From Spirochaetia bacterium (lineage in GTDB: Bacteria; Spirochaetota; Spirochaetia; SZUA-6; Bin103): a stretch of 64,000 nucleotides of DNA. A program made the translations under genes and the position numbers. The notes under the pieces were generated by a model that ran no database searches, was not told the origin of the DNA, and worked only from the letters and a program-made list of their open reading frames with translations. Where the stretch lies: NCBI GenBank assembly GCA_965203515.1, contig OZ241907.1, positions 2,656,001-2,720,000 on the forward strand. Direction: 5' to 3'. How positions within the stretch are numbered: position 1 is the first letter of the stretch; each line of letters begins with the position of its first letter. Positions 30,608 to 40,125 of the stretch are shown in pieces.

Positions 30608-31315
30608 TCACCGCTGTTGCAGGTAGCTGCGGCGCCGCTCGGGGGCGAACTTCTCTATGGCGTAGCGGAGCATGGTGCGCGGCATGCGCGCGGCATGGCG
30701 GTCGAGGAAGCGCTCCTCGACCGCCTGGTCGCGCTTGCCGATTTCGCGCAGCATCCAGCCGACCGCCTTGTGGATCAGGTCGTGCGGGTGGTCGCGCAGC
30801 AGCTCGGCCAGCCGCAGCGTGTCGTCGAACTGGCCGGCCTGGATGAACCGGAAGGTGGCCAGCACCGCGACGCGCTGGCGCCACAGGCGCCCGGAGCGCG
30901 CCAGCTCGTAGAGCACGGCGCGGTCGCGGCTCAGCAGATGGGCGCCCAGGATGTGCGGCGCCGACCCGTCAACCAAGTCCCAACTGTTCACCGCGTCGAG
31001 CTGCTGCAGGTAGAAGGCGGCGATCGTCTCCCGGTCTGCCGGCGCCGCGCGCCGGTAGCGCTCGGTCAGCACGAACAGCCCCGCCTGCCGGTGCTCGTGG
31101 TACGGGCTCGCCAGCACGTCGGCCAAGTCGGGCAGCGGCAGATCGCGATGGCGGCGGACGATCGCCCGCACCTGCGGGACGCGCAGCCCCAGGAAGCGGT
31201 CACCTTCGCCGTATTCGCCGGGTCCCGTGCGAAAGAACCGCTGCAGGTGCCGCGCCTGCTCGGGATCGGCGGCGCCGTCCAGTTCCGCGCACAGCGCGCG
31301 CGCCGCGTGCCTCAT
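30608..31315 (-). CDS. DNA alkylation repair protein (AlkD-like)
   Basis: FFRTGPGEYGEGDRFLG, NSWDLVD, KAVGWMLRE, RTMLRYAIE. Confidence 0.9.
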   Translation of the reverse strand: MRHAARALCAELDGAADPEQARHLQRFFRTGPGEYGEGDRFLGLRVPQVRAIVRRHRDLPLPDLADVLASPYHEHRQAGLFVLTERYRRAAPADRETIAAFYLQQLDAVNSWDLVDGSAPHILGAHLLSRDRAVLYELARSGRLWRQRVAVLATFRFIQAGQFDDTLRLAELLRDHPHDLIHKAVGWMLREIGKRDQAVEERFLDRHAARMPRTMLRYAIEKFAPERRRSYLQQR

Positions 31316-31375
31316 CGCTCGTCGATCATAGCGTGCCGACCGATTCCCGGCAGCGCCCGCGAACGTCGGCCGCGG

Positions 31376-31813
31376 CTACAACATGCTCAGCAGGCGGGCG
31401 ACCGTGGCGGCGCCGACGCCGATCAGCAGGCCGACGACCACCTCCGGGATGGAGTGCCCGACGTCATGCGAGGTCGCCGGCCGGCTCTCTTCGGGCATGG
31501 GCGCGACCACCTCGCGCAGAGCTTCGGAGTTGATCTGAATCGCGCCGCGCACGCGGATCGTGTCGTAGATGATGATCAGGCTGAACGCGCAGGAGATCGC
31601 GAACAGGTCGGAGGCGATACCGGCGCGCAGGGCGATGGCGGTGGTGAGCGTCGCCACGAAGGCGGTATGGGACGACGGCATGCCGCCGGCGGCGAACAGC
31701 CGCCGCCATGCAAAGGAACGCGAGCGCGACGAGCCGACGATCATCTTGAAGACTTGGCAACCCAACTGGACCACGACGGCCACGATCAGGGGTGCGCTCA
31801 CGCCGGCCGCCAT
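31376..31813 (-). CDS. divergent PAP2 family protein (DUF212)
   Basis: GGMPSSH, IYD..RVR, GHSIPEVVVG. Confidence 0.88.
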   Translation of the reverse strand: MAAGVSAPLIVAVVVQLGCQVFKMIVGSSRSRSFAWRRLFAAGGMPSSHTAFVATLTTAIALRAGIASDLFAISCAFSLIIIYDTIRVRGAIQINSEALREVVAPMPEESRPATSHDVGHSIPEVVVGLLIGVGAATVARLLSML

Positions 31814-31840
31814 CGGGACACCCTATGATACCATGAGCGA

Positions 31841-32803
31841 ATGGCTCTGGTAGCCCTGATCTCTCGCGACCACTATGCGGTCCCCACCGACCTGCCGGAG
31901 AGGATCGCGGCGGCGGGAGGCGACTTGCGGCAACGCGACTGCGCCGGCGCCGCGGAGGTGATCGACGCGGCGCGCGGCGCGGTCGTGGTCTGGGTGTTCG
32001 GCGGCGGGCGCTTGCTCACGGAGTCCGTGCTCGCGGCGCTCCCCGACTGCCGTCTGGTGCTGCGCAGCGGCAGCGGCACCGACAACATCCCGGTCGCCGC
32101 GGCGCGCGCGCGCGGCATAGCCGTCGGCAACACGCCGGAGGCGACGCGCGACGTGGTGGCCGATCACACCATGGGCCTGCTCCTGGCGCGGCATCGCCGC
32201 ATCGTCCGCAAGGACCGCGAAATCCGCCGGGGCCGCTACTCCGACGACGATCCGCAGACCGGCCCGGCACTGGCCGGCATGACCCTGGGGCTGATCGGCT
32301 TCGGCCACATCGGCGCCGCAGTCGCCGCGCGGGCCGCTCCCTTCGGGCTGCGGGTGCTGGCGACCGACCCGGGCCGGAGCGACGCCGCGATCCGCGCCGG
32401 CGGCGCCGAGCCGGTCGAGTTGGACCGGCTCCTGCGCACCAGCGACTTCGTGTCGATCCACGTCCCGCTGCTGGCGACCACCGCCGCGCTGATCGGCGCG
32501 CGCGAGCTCGCCGCCATGCAGCCGCACGCAGTCCTGATCAACACGGCGCGCGGCAAGGTCGTCGATCAGGACGCGTTGATCGCCGCGCTCCGATCCGGGC
32601 AGATCGCCGGCGCCGCGCTCGACGTGTTCGACCCGGAACCGCTGCCGGCCGACAGTCCGCTGGCCCGCATGGAGCAGGTAGTGCTCACGCCGCACCTGGC
32701 CGGCTCGGGCGACGCGTTGATCCGCCGGTTCTGGGAGGACTCGGTCGACGCGATCGGCCACTTCCTGCGCACCGGCCGGCCGCGATGGGAAGTGACCGCG
32801 TAG
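31841..32803 (+). CDS. D-2-hydroxyacid dehydrogenase family protein
   Basis: GLIGFGHIG, INTARG, ALDVF, TPHLAG. Confidence 0.9.
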   Translation: MALVALISRDHYAVPTDLPERIAAAGGDLRQRDCAGAAEVIDAARGAVVVWVFGGGRLLTESVLAALPDCRLVLRSGSGTDNIPVAAARARGIAVGNTPEATRDVVADHTMGLLLARHRRIVRKDREIRRGRYSDDDPQTGPALAGMTLGLIGFGHIGAAVAARAAPFGLRVLATDPGRSDAAIRAGGAEPVELDRLLRTSDFVSIHVPLLATTAALIGARELAAMQPHAVLINTARGKVVDQDALIAALRSGQIAGAALDVFDPEPLPADSPLARMEQVVLTPHLAGSGDALIRRFWEDSVDAIGHFLRTGRPRWEVTA

Positions 32804-32900
32804 GCCGACAGGCTGGCCGGGCGATGCCGCAGCGCGTAACGGTGGCCGGCCGGAACCGCCCCCTTCCCTCCGGTACCGCTCTTATGGCATACTATGCGGC

Positions 32901-33158
32901 ATGTCACGAAGATGTGCGTTGACCGGCAAGGGGCCGCTCAGCGGCAACAACGTATCGCACGCGCATAACAAGACGCGGCGCGTGCAGCGGCCCAACATCC
33001 AGGAGAAGCGCCTGTTCGTACCGGAGCTGGGCCGCGTGGTGCGCCTCAAGCTGTCGGCGCGCGCGTTGCGCACGGTGACCAGGAAAGGGTTGATGCGGTT
33101 CCTCAAGGACGAAGGGCTCACCCTCAAGGACGTGGCGCGTCCGGTGAGCGGCCGATGA
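32901..33158 (+). CDS. rpmB: 50S ribosomal protein L28
   Basis: [10 protein letters not shown]...[17 protein letters not shown]. Confidence 0.95.
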   Translation: MSRRCALTGKGPLSGNNVSHAHNKTRRVQRPNIQEKRLFVPELGRVVRLKLSARALRTVTRKGLMRFLKDEGLTLKDVARPVSGR

Positions 33159-33409
33159 AGCCCGACATCCATCCCGAGTACCGGCTGGTCGTGTTCAAGG
33201 ACGCCGCCAGTGACTTCCAGTTCCTGACCCGCTCCACCGCCCGGACCAAGGAGAAGGTGACCTGGGAGGACGGCAATGAGTATCCGCTGGTGACCCTGGA
33301 AATCTCCAGCGCCTCTCATCCGTTCTTCACCGGCAAGCAGAAGCTGGTCGACACGGCAGGACGCATCGAACGGTTCCGGCGCAGGTACGGCCTGACCGAC
33401 AGTAGCTGA
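33155..33409 (+). CDS. rpmE2: 50S ribosomal protein L31 type B (Cys-free)
   Basis: [16 protein letters not shown]...[12 protein letters not shown]...GRIERF, no CxxC. Confidence 0.92.
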   Translation: MKPDIHPEYRLVVFKDAASDFQFLTRSTARTKEKVTWEDGNEYPLVTLEISSASHPFFTGKQKLVDTAGRIERFRRRYGLTDSS

Positions 33410-33436
33410 CCGCCCGGCCCACGGACTCCGGCTCCG

Positions 33437-34621
33437 GTGATTGAACCGCCGCAGGGCATCTTCGCCCGGCTGGGTGTCCCCACCATCATCAACGCGTCGG
33501 GACCCGCGACCCGCCTGGGCGGCGGGCGCGCCGACCCCGAGGTGGCGGCCGCCGTGTCGGCAGCGATGGGCCACTGCGTGGCCATCGAGGCGCTGCAGGA
33601 GCGCGCCAGCGAGATCATCGCCGAGCATACCGGAGCGGAGGCCGGTCTGGTGACCAGTGGCGCGGCGGCGGCGTTGCTGCTTGGCGCCGCCGCCTGTCTG
33701 ACCGGCCTCGATCCGGACCGCATGGGCAGGCTGCCGCACGTGCAGGGCCGCAACCGCATCCTGATCCCGCGCAGCCACCGCAACCTCTACGACCACGCGA
33801 TCCGCACGGCCGGCGCCGAGCTGGTCGAGGTCGGCATCGCCGATCGATTCTCCGGCGCGGGCGTCCGCGACACCGAGGCATGGGAGCTGGGCGCCGCCAT
33901 CGACGAGCGTACCGCGGCCATCGCCTACGTCGCCCAGCCGTACTCGCAGCCGCCCCTGGAACAGGTGATCGCCCAGGCGCACGGGCGCGGCGTCCCGGTG
34001 ATCGTCGATGCCGCCGGCCGGCTGCCGCCGCAGTCGAACCTGCGCGCCTTCGTGGCGGCCGGCGCCGATCTGGTCTGCTTCTCCGGGGGCAAGGCGATCG
34101 GCGGACCGCAGGGCACCGGCATCCTGTGCGGCCGCCGCCGGCTGGTGGGAGCGGCGGCGCTGCAGCTCTTCGACCAGGACGTGCTGCCGGAACTGTGGCG
34201 GCCGCCGTCCTGGATCTCCGATGAGCCGATCGCGGGCGCCCCGCATCACGGCATCGGACGCCCGTGCAAGGTGGGCAAGGAGCAGATCGCCGGCCTGCTG
34301 ATCGCCTTGCAGCGATTCGCGGCGACCCCGGACGGGGACCGGATCGCCGGCTGGCGGCGCCTTGCCGACCGGCTTGCCGATCTGCTCCGCGACGCGCCGT
34401 GCCGGGTGCAGGTGGACGACGGCCGCGACGGCGTCCCGATCGTCGAGGTACGGCCGGAGCGGCGCAGCGCTCTCGAAGTCACCGCCGCGCTGCAGCGCGG
34501 CGATCCGGCCATCTACGTCAACGCCGGCGGCGTGCGCGAAGGCGTGCTGCGCTTCAATCCGACCTGCCTGTCCGATCCCGAAGCAGCGGTGATCGCCGGC
34601 CGATTGCGCGCGCTGCTGTAG
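33437..34621 (+). CDS. SelA-like / DgaE family PLP-dependent enzyme
   Basis: IINASG..TRLGG, VTSGAAA, VDAAG, FSGGKAIGGPQ, GRPCKVGKE. Confidence 0.85.
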   Translation: MIEPPQGIFARLGVPTIINASGPATRLGGGRADPEVAAAVSAAMGHCVAIEALQERASEIIAEHTGAEAGLVTSGAAAALLLGAAACLTGLDPDRMGRLPHVQGRNRILIPRSHRNLYDHAIRTAGAELVEVGIADRFSGAGVRDTEAWELGAAIDERTAAIAYVAQPYSQPPLEQVIAQAHGRGVPVIVDAAGRLPPQSNLRAFVAAGADLVCFSGGKAIGGPQGTGILCGRRRLVGAAALQLFDQDVLPELWRPPSWISDEPIAGAPHHGIGRPCKVGKEQIAGLLIALQRFAATPDGDRIAGWRRLADRLADLLRDAPCRVQVDDGRDGVPIVEVRPERRSALEVTAALQRGDPAIYVNAGGVREGVLRFNPTCLSDPEAAVIAGRLRALL

Positions 34622-34637
34622 CGAAGGGAGCGCCGTC

Positions 34638-34706
34638 TGGTCGATGAGGCGCATCAGCGCCAAGGTATCGGCGCTGTGGCCCTGCGGCGGCGCGTAGTAC
34701 AGCGTC
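34638..34706 (-). pseudogene. IS3-family transposase (OrfB) fragment at the edge of the accessory region
   Basis: Manual translation TLYYAPPQGHSADTLALMRLIDQ resembles the IS3 OrfB N-terminus. Confidence 0.45.
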
Positions 34707-34797
34707 CGCGTCGGCCGCCACGCCAGCGCCGGCCGGCTCGACCTGTCGGTCTGACGTTCGCTGTCCCGCTGTCTTTCAGCTGACGAGATTGTCCGGC

Positions 34798-34878
34798 GGA
34801 AAGGCCCGCCGGGCCGTTGCCGGCCGGCGGGGCTGTCTTGGGCGATGCGGGGTAGCGTGTGCTACGCCGCCTTCGGGG
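34798..34878 (-). repeat. repeat T (double hairpin + intrinsic terminator), copy 1
   Basis: Matches 53377-53457; preceded on the minus strand by a remnant reading STVTITPP*. Confidence 0.8.
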
Positions 34879-34980
34879 TTACGGAGGGGTGATCGTGACC
34901 GTACTCCGGGGCGTCCCTCTCGATGGATCACTTGACCTTCACCCGCTCGGTGGCGTTCGGTCGCCATTCGCCGCGCATTC

Positions 34981-35736
34981 TCATCTTGATTGTCGCTGGA
35001 CAGCCCTCTCAAGTTCGGCCAAACGCGCTTCGGCCGCTTGACGGGCGGCCACTTCCTGTTGGACGCGGGTTTCTGCGGCTTGGCGGGCGGCCGCTTCCTG
35101 CTCAACGCGAGCCTCCGCCTCTAGGAGTCTGTCTCCGGTCTCCGCCAAGTCCGGCAGGTCATCCCTCGTCTGCGGATTGTGGAACCGCAGCCGCCGGCCG
35201 GCCAGATGCAACTCCAGTCCCAGCACCTCGCTCCGCAGCGCCAGGGTGCCGTCCGCCAACTCCCGGCCCGGCAGCCGCTCGTAATCTTCCCCCACCAACT
35301 CCAACCCCTGCAGCGGCGGCTTCAGGTAGTCCCGCGTCGGATCGTACTGCCAGTACTCCCGGACCCCCAGCCGGCGATACAACTCTCGCTTCTTGGTCTG
35401 ATCTTCCCGCCACGTCCCCGGCGACGCGATCTCCAGCACGAAGTCGGGCGCCTTCGGCTCCTTCCACAGCAGATACGACGAGCGGTCTTCTTTGCCTGCG
35501 CCGAACACCACGAACACGTCCGGCGCCACCCTCGCCAGCGTCCCTTCCTCGTAGTAGATCAGCAGGTTGCCGGACACGTACACGTCCCGGTGGTTGCGGA
35601 AGTAGTACCCGAGGCAGTCGACGGCGTACGTCAGGGGTCTCCGTTGGGTATCGCTTTCAGCCATCGGCTTGCCGTCGGAACTGGGGTACTCTACCGTTGC
35701 CGGCGCCGCCAGCGGAGCGCTGAGTGAACTTGCCAT
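34981..35736 (-). CDS. Uma2 family (PD-(D/E)XK) endonuclease with C-terminal coiled coil
   Basis: EYPSSDGKPMAES, VAPDVFV, PDFVLEIAS, VREYWQYDP; GGAGG RBS before ATG 35736. Confidence 0.9.
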   Translation of the reverse strand: MASSLSAPLAAPATVEYPSSDGKPMAESDTQRRPLTYAVDCLGYYFRNHRDVYVSGNLLIYYEEGTLARVAPDVFVVFGAGKEDRSSYLLWKEPKAPDFVLEIASPGTWREDQTKKRELYRRLGVREYWQYDPTRDYLKPPLQGLELVGEDYERLPGRELADGTLALRSEVLGLELHLAGRRLRFHNPQTRDDLPDLAETGDRLLEAEARVEQEAAARQAAETRVQQEVAARQAAEARLAELERAVQRQSR

Positions 35737-36123
35737 CGACCACGCCTCCAGACGCTGTATAGCGTAGCACGCGGCGCGACGGCGCGACAGGCAAGGCAGT
35801 GACGCGCGAACTGGCGGCAGGAGTACCGCCGCCGCGAGACCCGTGCGAGAAGGGCAGGATGCTTTGATCAGTTTGGTGCTGATGAACGGCTGGACGCGCA
35901 TCATGCCGCGTCGTGCTGCGCTGCCAAGGGCCGGACCGGGTATAGCCGGCAGAACCGGCCGCCCGTCAAGATCCTAGTCGGGCGCCCGCCAAGCGCGCCG
36001 GGCGCGACTACGACAGGCGGCTCGAGGCGGCACCAGTGCGGGCGCTGTTCCTCGGACCTTACCCGTCGCCGACCGTCGGTCTTTCGAGCCTGATCTCCCG
36101 GCTGGTCCCAGCCGGCGCTATCG

Positions 36124-36237
36124 TCACTGGAGCCCGACGACCGAAATGACGATGCCGAGGACCACGAACGCCACGGTGCCCATCCACTGGAGCGAGGTGA
36201 AGCGCTTGTTCATGTCCTCGAAGCGCTTGTTGATGTC
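36124..36237 (-). pseudogene. 3' fragment of a DKRFE coiled-coil membrane protein gene
   Basis: DINKRFEDMNKRFTSLQWMG...VVGLQ* matches the ends of the full copies; N-terminus absent. Confidence 0.85.
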
Positions 36238-36350
36238 GCGCGCGGCGAAGGGGGAGGCATCTCTCGCGGCGCACCGGTGCGGGCGCTGTTCCTGGGGCCT
36301 TACCGTCGCCGGCGCTGACCGTCTTTCGAAGCTCCCGGCCGGTCCAGGCG

Positions 36351-37052
36351 TCAAGATGCGGGCTTCCCGCTTCTCCGAGGATAGGATCGGCAGCGGTCTC
36401 TCTGGGCTTCGTTCAGACACCACGGCGAGTCTGCTCGGGATCCACGATAGGATGGATTCTTCAAGAATTCCTGCACATCTTCCGCGAACCGATTGTCTCT
36501 CCACGCCACCGGGTTATTCGTCATACAAATGTCTATCTCGGGGTGAGCGGCCAGATCACATCTCACACAGGTCCACTTCATCACTATGGTGGACGCGATT
36601 ACTATCGCCGTCGGCTGATGCTTCCGGATGAACCACTCCATGATCTCACTGGAGACCTTCCTGTCCTTATCGAGAATCTTGAACAGTTTCCCCTGCGAGA
36701 ACCCTTCGTCCTTCTTCGTCGGACGAAACACGTAGTTGAAGAACGCTATCTCCTCAAACGACACGACAGCCTCGATTTTCTGGTAAGTATCATCGTCACT
36801 CTCATGCCGATTTCTCACGCACCGGTCAGTATCCATGTATGAACGGGTCTTGGCCGAAAAATCCTCCTGTCGCGCCTCGTACCATTTCTCTGGGTCATGA
36901 TTCAAGGGAGTGACGCCCGATGGCCACGGCGGCAGGTAGTGGCTCTCGGCCACGATCGCCAGACGCCTTCCGCATCCGTACCTTGAGCCGATCCACGGGC
37001 ACATGCAGGGGAATCTGTACAGGTGATCCGGTTTCTTGATGTCTTCGTTCAT
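36351..37052 (-). CDS. hypothetical protein, possible uracil-DNA glycosylase-like fold (paralog 1)
   Basis: AAGGAG RBS; PWIG..Y...LAIVAESHY, FFNYV; low GC; paralog at 50830-51462. Confidence 0.6.
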   Translation of the reverse strand: MNEDIKKPDHLYRFPCMCPWIGSRYGCGRRLAIVAESHYLPPWPSGVTPLNHDPEKWYEARQEDFSAKTRSYMDTDRCVRNRHESDDDTYQKIEAVVSFEEIAFFNYVFRPTKKDEGFSQGKLFKILDKDRKVSSEIMEWFIRKHQPTAIVIASTIVMKWTCVRCDLAAHPEIDICMTNNPVAWRDNRFAEDVQEFLKNPSYRGSRADSPWCLNEAQRDRCRSYPRRSGKPAS

Positions 37053-37084
37053 GGCTTGTGCTCCTTGCGCTTTCGTTGGGCGTG

Positions 37085-37166
37085 AAAAAGCCCGCCGGGC
37101 CGTGGGGCGGGCCGGCGGGCTTGTCTTGGGCGATGCGGGGTAGCGTGAGCTACGCCGCCTTCGGGG
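37085..37166 (-). repeat. repeat T, copy 2
   Basis: AAGCCCGCCGG...CCGGCGGGCTTTTT plus GCGGCGTAGC-TCAC-GCTACCCCGC hairpin. Confidence 0.85.
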
Positions 37167-37219
37167 ACCTTCATCCGTTCGGTGATGTTCGGTCGCCGTT
37201 CGCCGTTCGCAGCGCATTC

Positions 37220-37999
37220 TCATCTTGATTGTCGCTGGACAGCCTTCTCAAGTTCGGCCAAACGCGCTTCGGCCGCTTGACGGGCGGCCACTTCCTGTTG
37301 GACGCGGGTTTCTGCGGCTTGGCGGGCGGCCGCCTCCCGGCGACGGGCGGCCGCTTCCTGCTCAACGCGAGCCTCCGCCTCACGGCGTCGGTCTTCGGCC
37401 TCTGCCAAGTCCGGCAGGTCCTCTCCGCTCTGCGGATCGTGGAACCGCAGCCGCCGGCCGGCCAACCGCAACTCCAGTCCCAGCACCTCGCTCCGCAGCG
37501 CCAGGGTCCCGTCCGCCATCTCCCGCTCCGGCAGCCGCTCGTAATCATCCCCCACCAACTCCGACCCCTGCAGCGGCGGCTCCAGGTAGTCCCGCGTCGG
37601 ATCGTACTGCCAGTACTCCCGCACACCCAGCCGCCGATACAACTCCCGCTTCTTCCTCTGATCTTCCCGCCACGTCGCCCGCGACGTGATCTCCAGCACG
37701 AAGTCGGGTCCCTTCCCCTCCTCCCACAGCCGGTACGACGAGCGTTCGACATTACGCACGCCGAACACCACGAACACGTCCGGCGCCACCCTCGCGCCCG
37801 GATTCCCTTTCTCGTAGTAGATCAGCAGGTTGCCGGAAGCGTACACGTCGGCGTGGTTGCGGAAGTGGTACCGGAGCCGGTCGACGGCGTACGTCAGAGG
37901 TATCCTTTGGGAATCGCTTTCAGCCATCGGCTTGCCGTCGGAACTGGGGTACTCTACCGCTACCGGCGCCGCCAGCGGAGCGCTGAGTGAACTTGCCAT
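37220..37999 (-). CDS. Uma2 family endonuclease
   Basis: Close paralog of 34981-35736 with the same motifs and RBS. Confidence 0.9.
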   Translation of the reverse strand: MASSLSAPLAAPVAVEYPSSDGKPMAESDSQRIPLTYAVDRLRYHFRNHADVYASGNLLIYYEKGNPGARVAPDVFVVFGVRNVERSSYRLWEEGKGPDFVLEITSRATWREDQRKKRELYRRLGVREYWQYDPTRDYLEPPLQGSELVGDDYERLPEREMADGTLALRSEVLGLELRLAGRRLRFHDPQSGEDLPDLAEAEDRRREAEARVEQEAAARRREAAARQAAETRVQQEVAARQAAEARLAELEKAVQRQSR

Positions 38000-38383
38000 C
38001 GACCACGCCTCCAGACGCTGCACAGCATAGCACGCGGCGCGGCGGCGCGACAGGCAAGGCAGTGACGCGCGAACTGGCGGCAGGAGTACCGCCGCCGCGA
38101 GACCCGTGCGAGAAGGGCAGGATGCTTTGATCAGTTTGGTGCTGATGACGGCTGGACGCGCATCATGCCGCGTCGTGCTGCGCTGCCAAGGGCCGGACCG
38201 GGTATAGCCGGCAGAACCGGGCGCCCGTCAAGATCCTGGTCGGGCCCGCCAAGCGCGCCGGGCGCGACTACGACAGGCGGCTCGAGGCGGCACCAGTGCG
38301 GGCGCTGTTCCTCGGACCTTACCCGTCGCCGACCGTCGGTCTTTCGAGCCTGATCTCCCGGCTGGTCCCAGCCGGCGCTATCG

Positions 38384-38920
38384 TCACTGGAGCCCGACGA
38401 CCGAAATGACGATGCCGAGGACCACGAACGCCACGGTGCCCATCCACTGGAGCGAGGTGAAGCGCTTGTTCATGTCCTCGAAGCGTTTGTCCACCGCCTC
38501 GAAGCGCTTGTCGATGTTGGCGTTCATCTCCTCGAAGCGCTTGTTCATGTCCTCGAAGCGCCTGTTCATGTCCTCGAAGCGCTTGTCCACCGCCTCAAAG
38601 CGCTTGTCGATGCTGGCGTTCATCTCCTCGAAGCGCTTGTCCACCGCCGCGAAGCCCGCCTGCATCAACTCGCGGAGGGCCTTGAACTCCTGCTTCGTGC
38701 GTCCTTCGGACCGCGCCAAGTGTTCCTCGACCCGGGTCAGGTTCTCTTCGATGCGGGAGATGAGCTTTTGCGTGTCGGCCGCGTAGTTGGGTGCGGTCTT
38801 GATCAGCATGGCCGGCAGCACGCGTTCGACATGCTCGCCGACACGCCTGTCGACATGCTCGTCAATACGCTTGTCGATATGCTCGACCACGACCTGCAGA
38901 TCCGTATCGGTGAGCGCCAT
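38384..38920 (-). CDS. DKRFE-repeat coiled-coil protein with C-terminal TM anchor (DUF1640/CCDC90/Bdr-like), 8 repeats
   Basis: Heptad/hendecad (V/M/I)(D/N)(K/R)RFE repeats, TM WMGTVAFVVLGIVISVVGLQ, GAGG RBS. Confidence 0.85.
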   Translation of the reverse strand: MALTDTDLQVVVEHIDKRIDEHVDRRVGEHVERVLPAMLIKTAPNYAADTQKLISRIEENLTRVEEHLARSEGRTKQEFKALRELMQAGFAAVDKRFEEMNASIDKRFEAVDKRFEDMNRRFEDMNKRFEEMNANIDKRFEAVDKRFEDMNKRFTSLQWMGTVAFVVLGIVISVVGLQ

Positions 38921-38940
38921 GGGTCCGTCCTCTTCAGATC

Positions 38941-38969
38941 ACCATACCGCGGCGCGCGCGACCGGGCAA
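38941..38969 (-). promoter_or_regulatory. sigma70-like promoter of the DKRFE gene (similar boxes upstream of all six full copies)
   Basis: TTGCCC-17 nt-TATGGT. Confidence 0.55.
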
Positions 38970-39373
38970 GACTCAGGGCCGGTCAGGTCGATGGCGCGCC
39001 ATGCCACTTCACGTTGCGGCGGCCGTGCGGGCGCAACGAGGCGAGACACCGGCCGAGAGGATCGTGCGTGGTGGTCCTGCTTCATCCGACGGCACGGCGC
39101 CATGGTTCTGCAGGTGATCGGCAGTGACGCGGCGCGTGCGGGCGCGGCCGTCGAAACAGGGCGGTCAGCTCCGCTCGGAAGCCGGCGCGCGTGGTGTGGC
39201 AGCAAGCCGATGATCAGCCGCAGCACCTGCGGGACCGAGCTTTACCAAGCATCGACGATCGGCGCGCACGCCGAGCAGCGGGGGCGCAGGAGGCGCCGTC
39301 GTGGTCGCGATAGAACGGTCAGATCGGCGCCAGTCGGGAGGGTGTGATGGCGCTTGTGGGCGGCGGGGCGGAA

Positions 39374-39441
39374 ATAGCCCGACGGGCCGCCGGCGGGGTT
39401 GTCTGGTGCGATGCGGAGTAGCGTGTGTGCTACGCCGCCTT
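39374..39441 (-). repeat. repeat T, degenerate copy 3
   Basis: ...GCGATGCGGAGTAGCGTGTGTGCTACGCCGCCTT on the plus strand. Confidence 0.7.
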
Positions 39442-39525
39442 GCTCCTGCGACGAAGCGGGAGGCCGCGCGCGGCGTACCGGTGCGGACGCCGTTCCTCCC
39501 GGCCGTCACCCCCGCATCGGGCGAT

Positions 39526-40125
39526 TCAAGCAGAATCGGGCCAGCGGCGGTATTCCCTGCAGGCGGCAGCCAGAGACGCCGGCGCCGGCTCCCGAAGCCC
39601 TCCATTATGACACATCTTGACGAGAGTGTCCACGTGCCGAGCGCAATCTCTCGGCCGTGGCAAACGAGGGTAATCTCGCTTCGTTTCGTCGACTGTTTCG
39701 CCCTCTAGATAGGCCAACCAGGTTTCGATGCGCCATGTGGGTATGAATACGAGAACATCCTGCTCTTTCTGAGTTCTGGGGCTCGTTTTGGCTTTCGTGC
39801 ACTCGCCGGCAAGTTCAGCCATGCGGCCGCTAATGCCGCGGTTGTCGCCGTCCATCATCACCATCAGAGCCCGCGAAACACTAGGGCGAGCCCGGTGTTC
39901 GTTGAGCTCCTTGGGGAAACGGTTTCGTACAAACTGCTCCGCAGAGCCCTTCCCTGGTTTGGCGGACCGTATTCGAATCTGATTCTTTCTCCATCCCATC
40001 TCGATAAGGAAGCGGTACACGAACGTCGATTGCTGTTTGTCTTCACACAGCAGCACTATTTGCGACTTTCTTCTACTCAGCTTCCCACCCTCGCGCGAAC
40101 AGCTCGGAGAGCTCCACACCGCCAT
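39526..40125 (-). CDS. TOPRIM-like partner of the ABC ATPase (DUF4276-like); true start probably near 40080
   Basis: IVLLCED acidic motif, MDGD DxD motif, IETW; overlaps the ATPase stop. Confidence 0.6.
   Translation of the reverse strand: MAVWSSPSCSREGGKLSRRKSQIVLLCEDKQQSTFVYRFLIEMGWRKNQIRIRSAKPGKGSAEQFVRNRFPKELNEHRARPSVSRALMVMMDGDNRGISGRMAELAGECTKAKTSPRTQKEQDVLVFIPTWRIETWLAYLEGETVDETKRDYPRLPRPRDCARHVDTLVKMCHNGGLREPAPASLAAACREYRRWPDSA

Noticed and set aside
33437..34621. True selenocysteine synthase selA
   Set aside because: Shorter than canonical SelA, closer to the DgaE/SelA-like pattern, and no selB/selC/selD nearby
142..34663. Many long alternative-frame ORFs (e.g. 3826-6114, 21730-24276, 32882-34663)
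   Set aside because: Arg/Ala/Pro-rich shadow ORFs expected in high-GC DNA, overlapping genes with clear family motifs
35870..35930. CTGATGA in the conserved spacer as a hammerhead ribozyme core
   Set aside because: No GAAA after a stem II and no matching stems I/III
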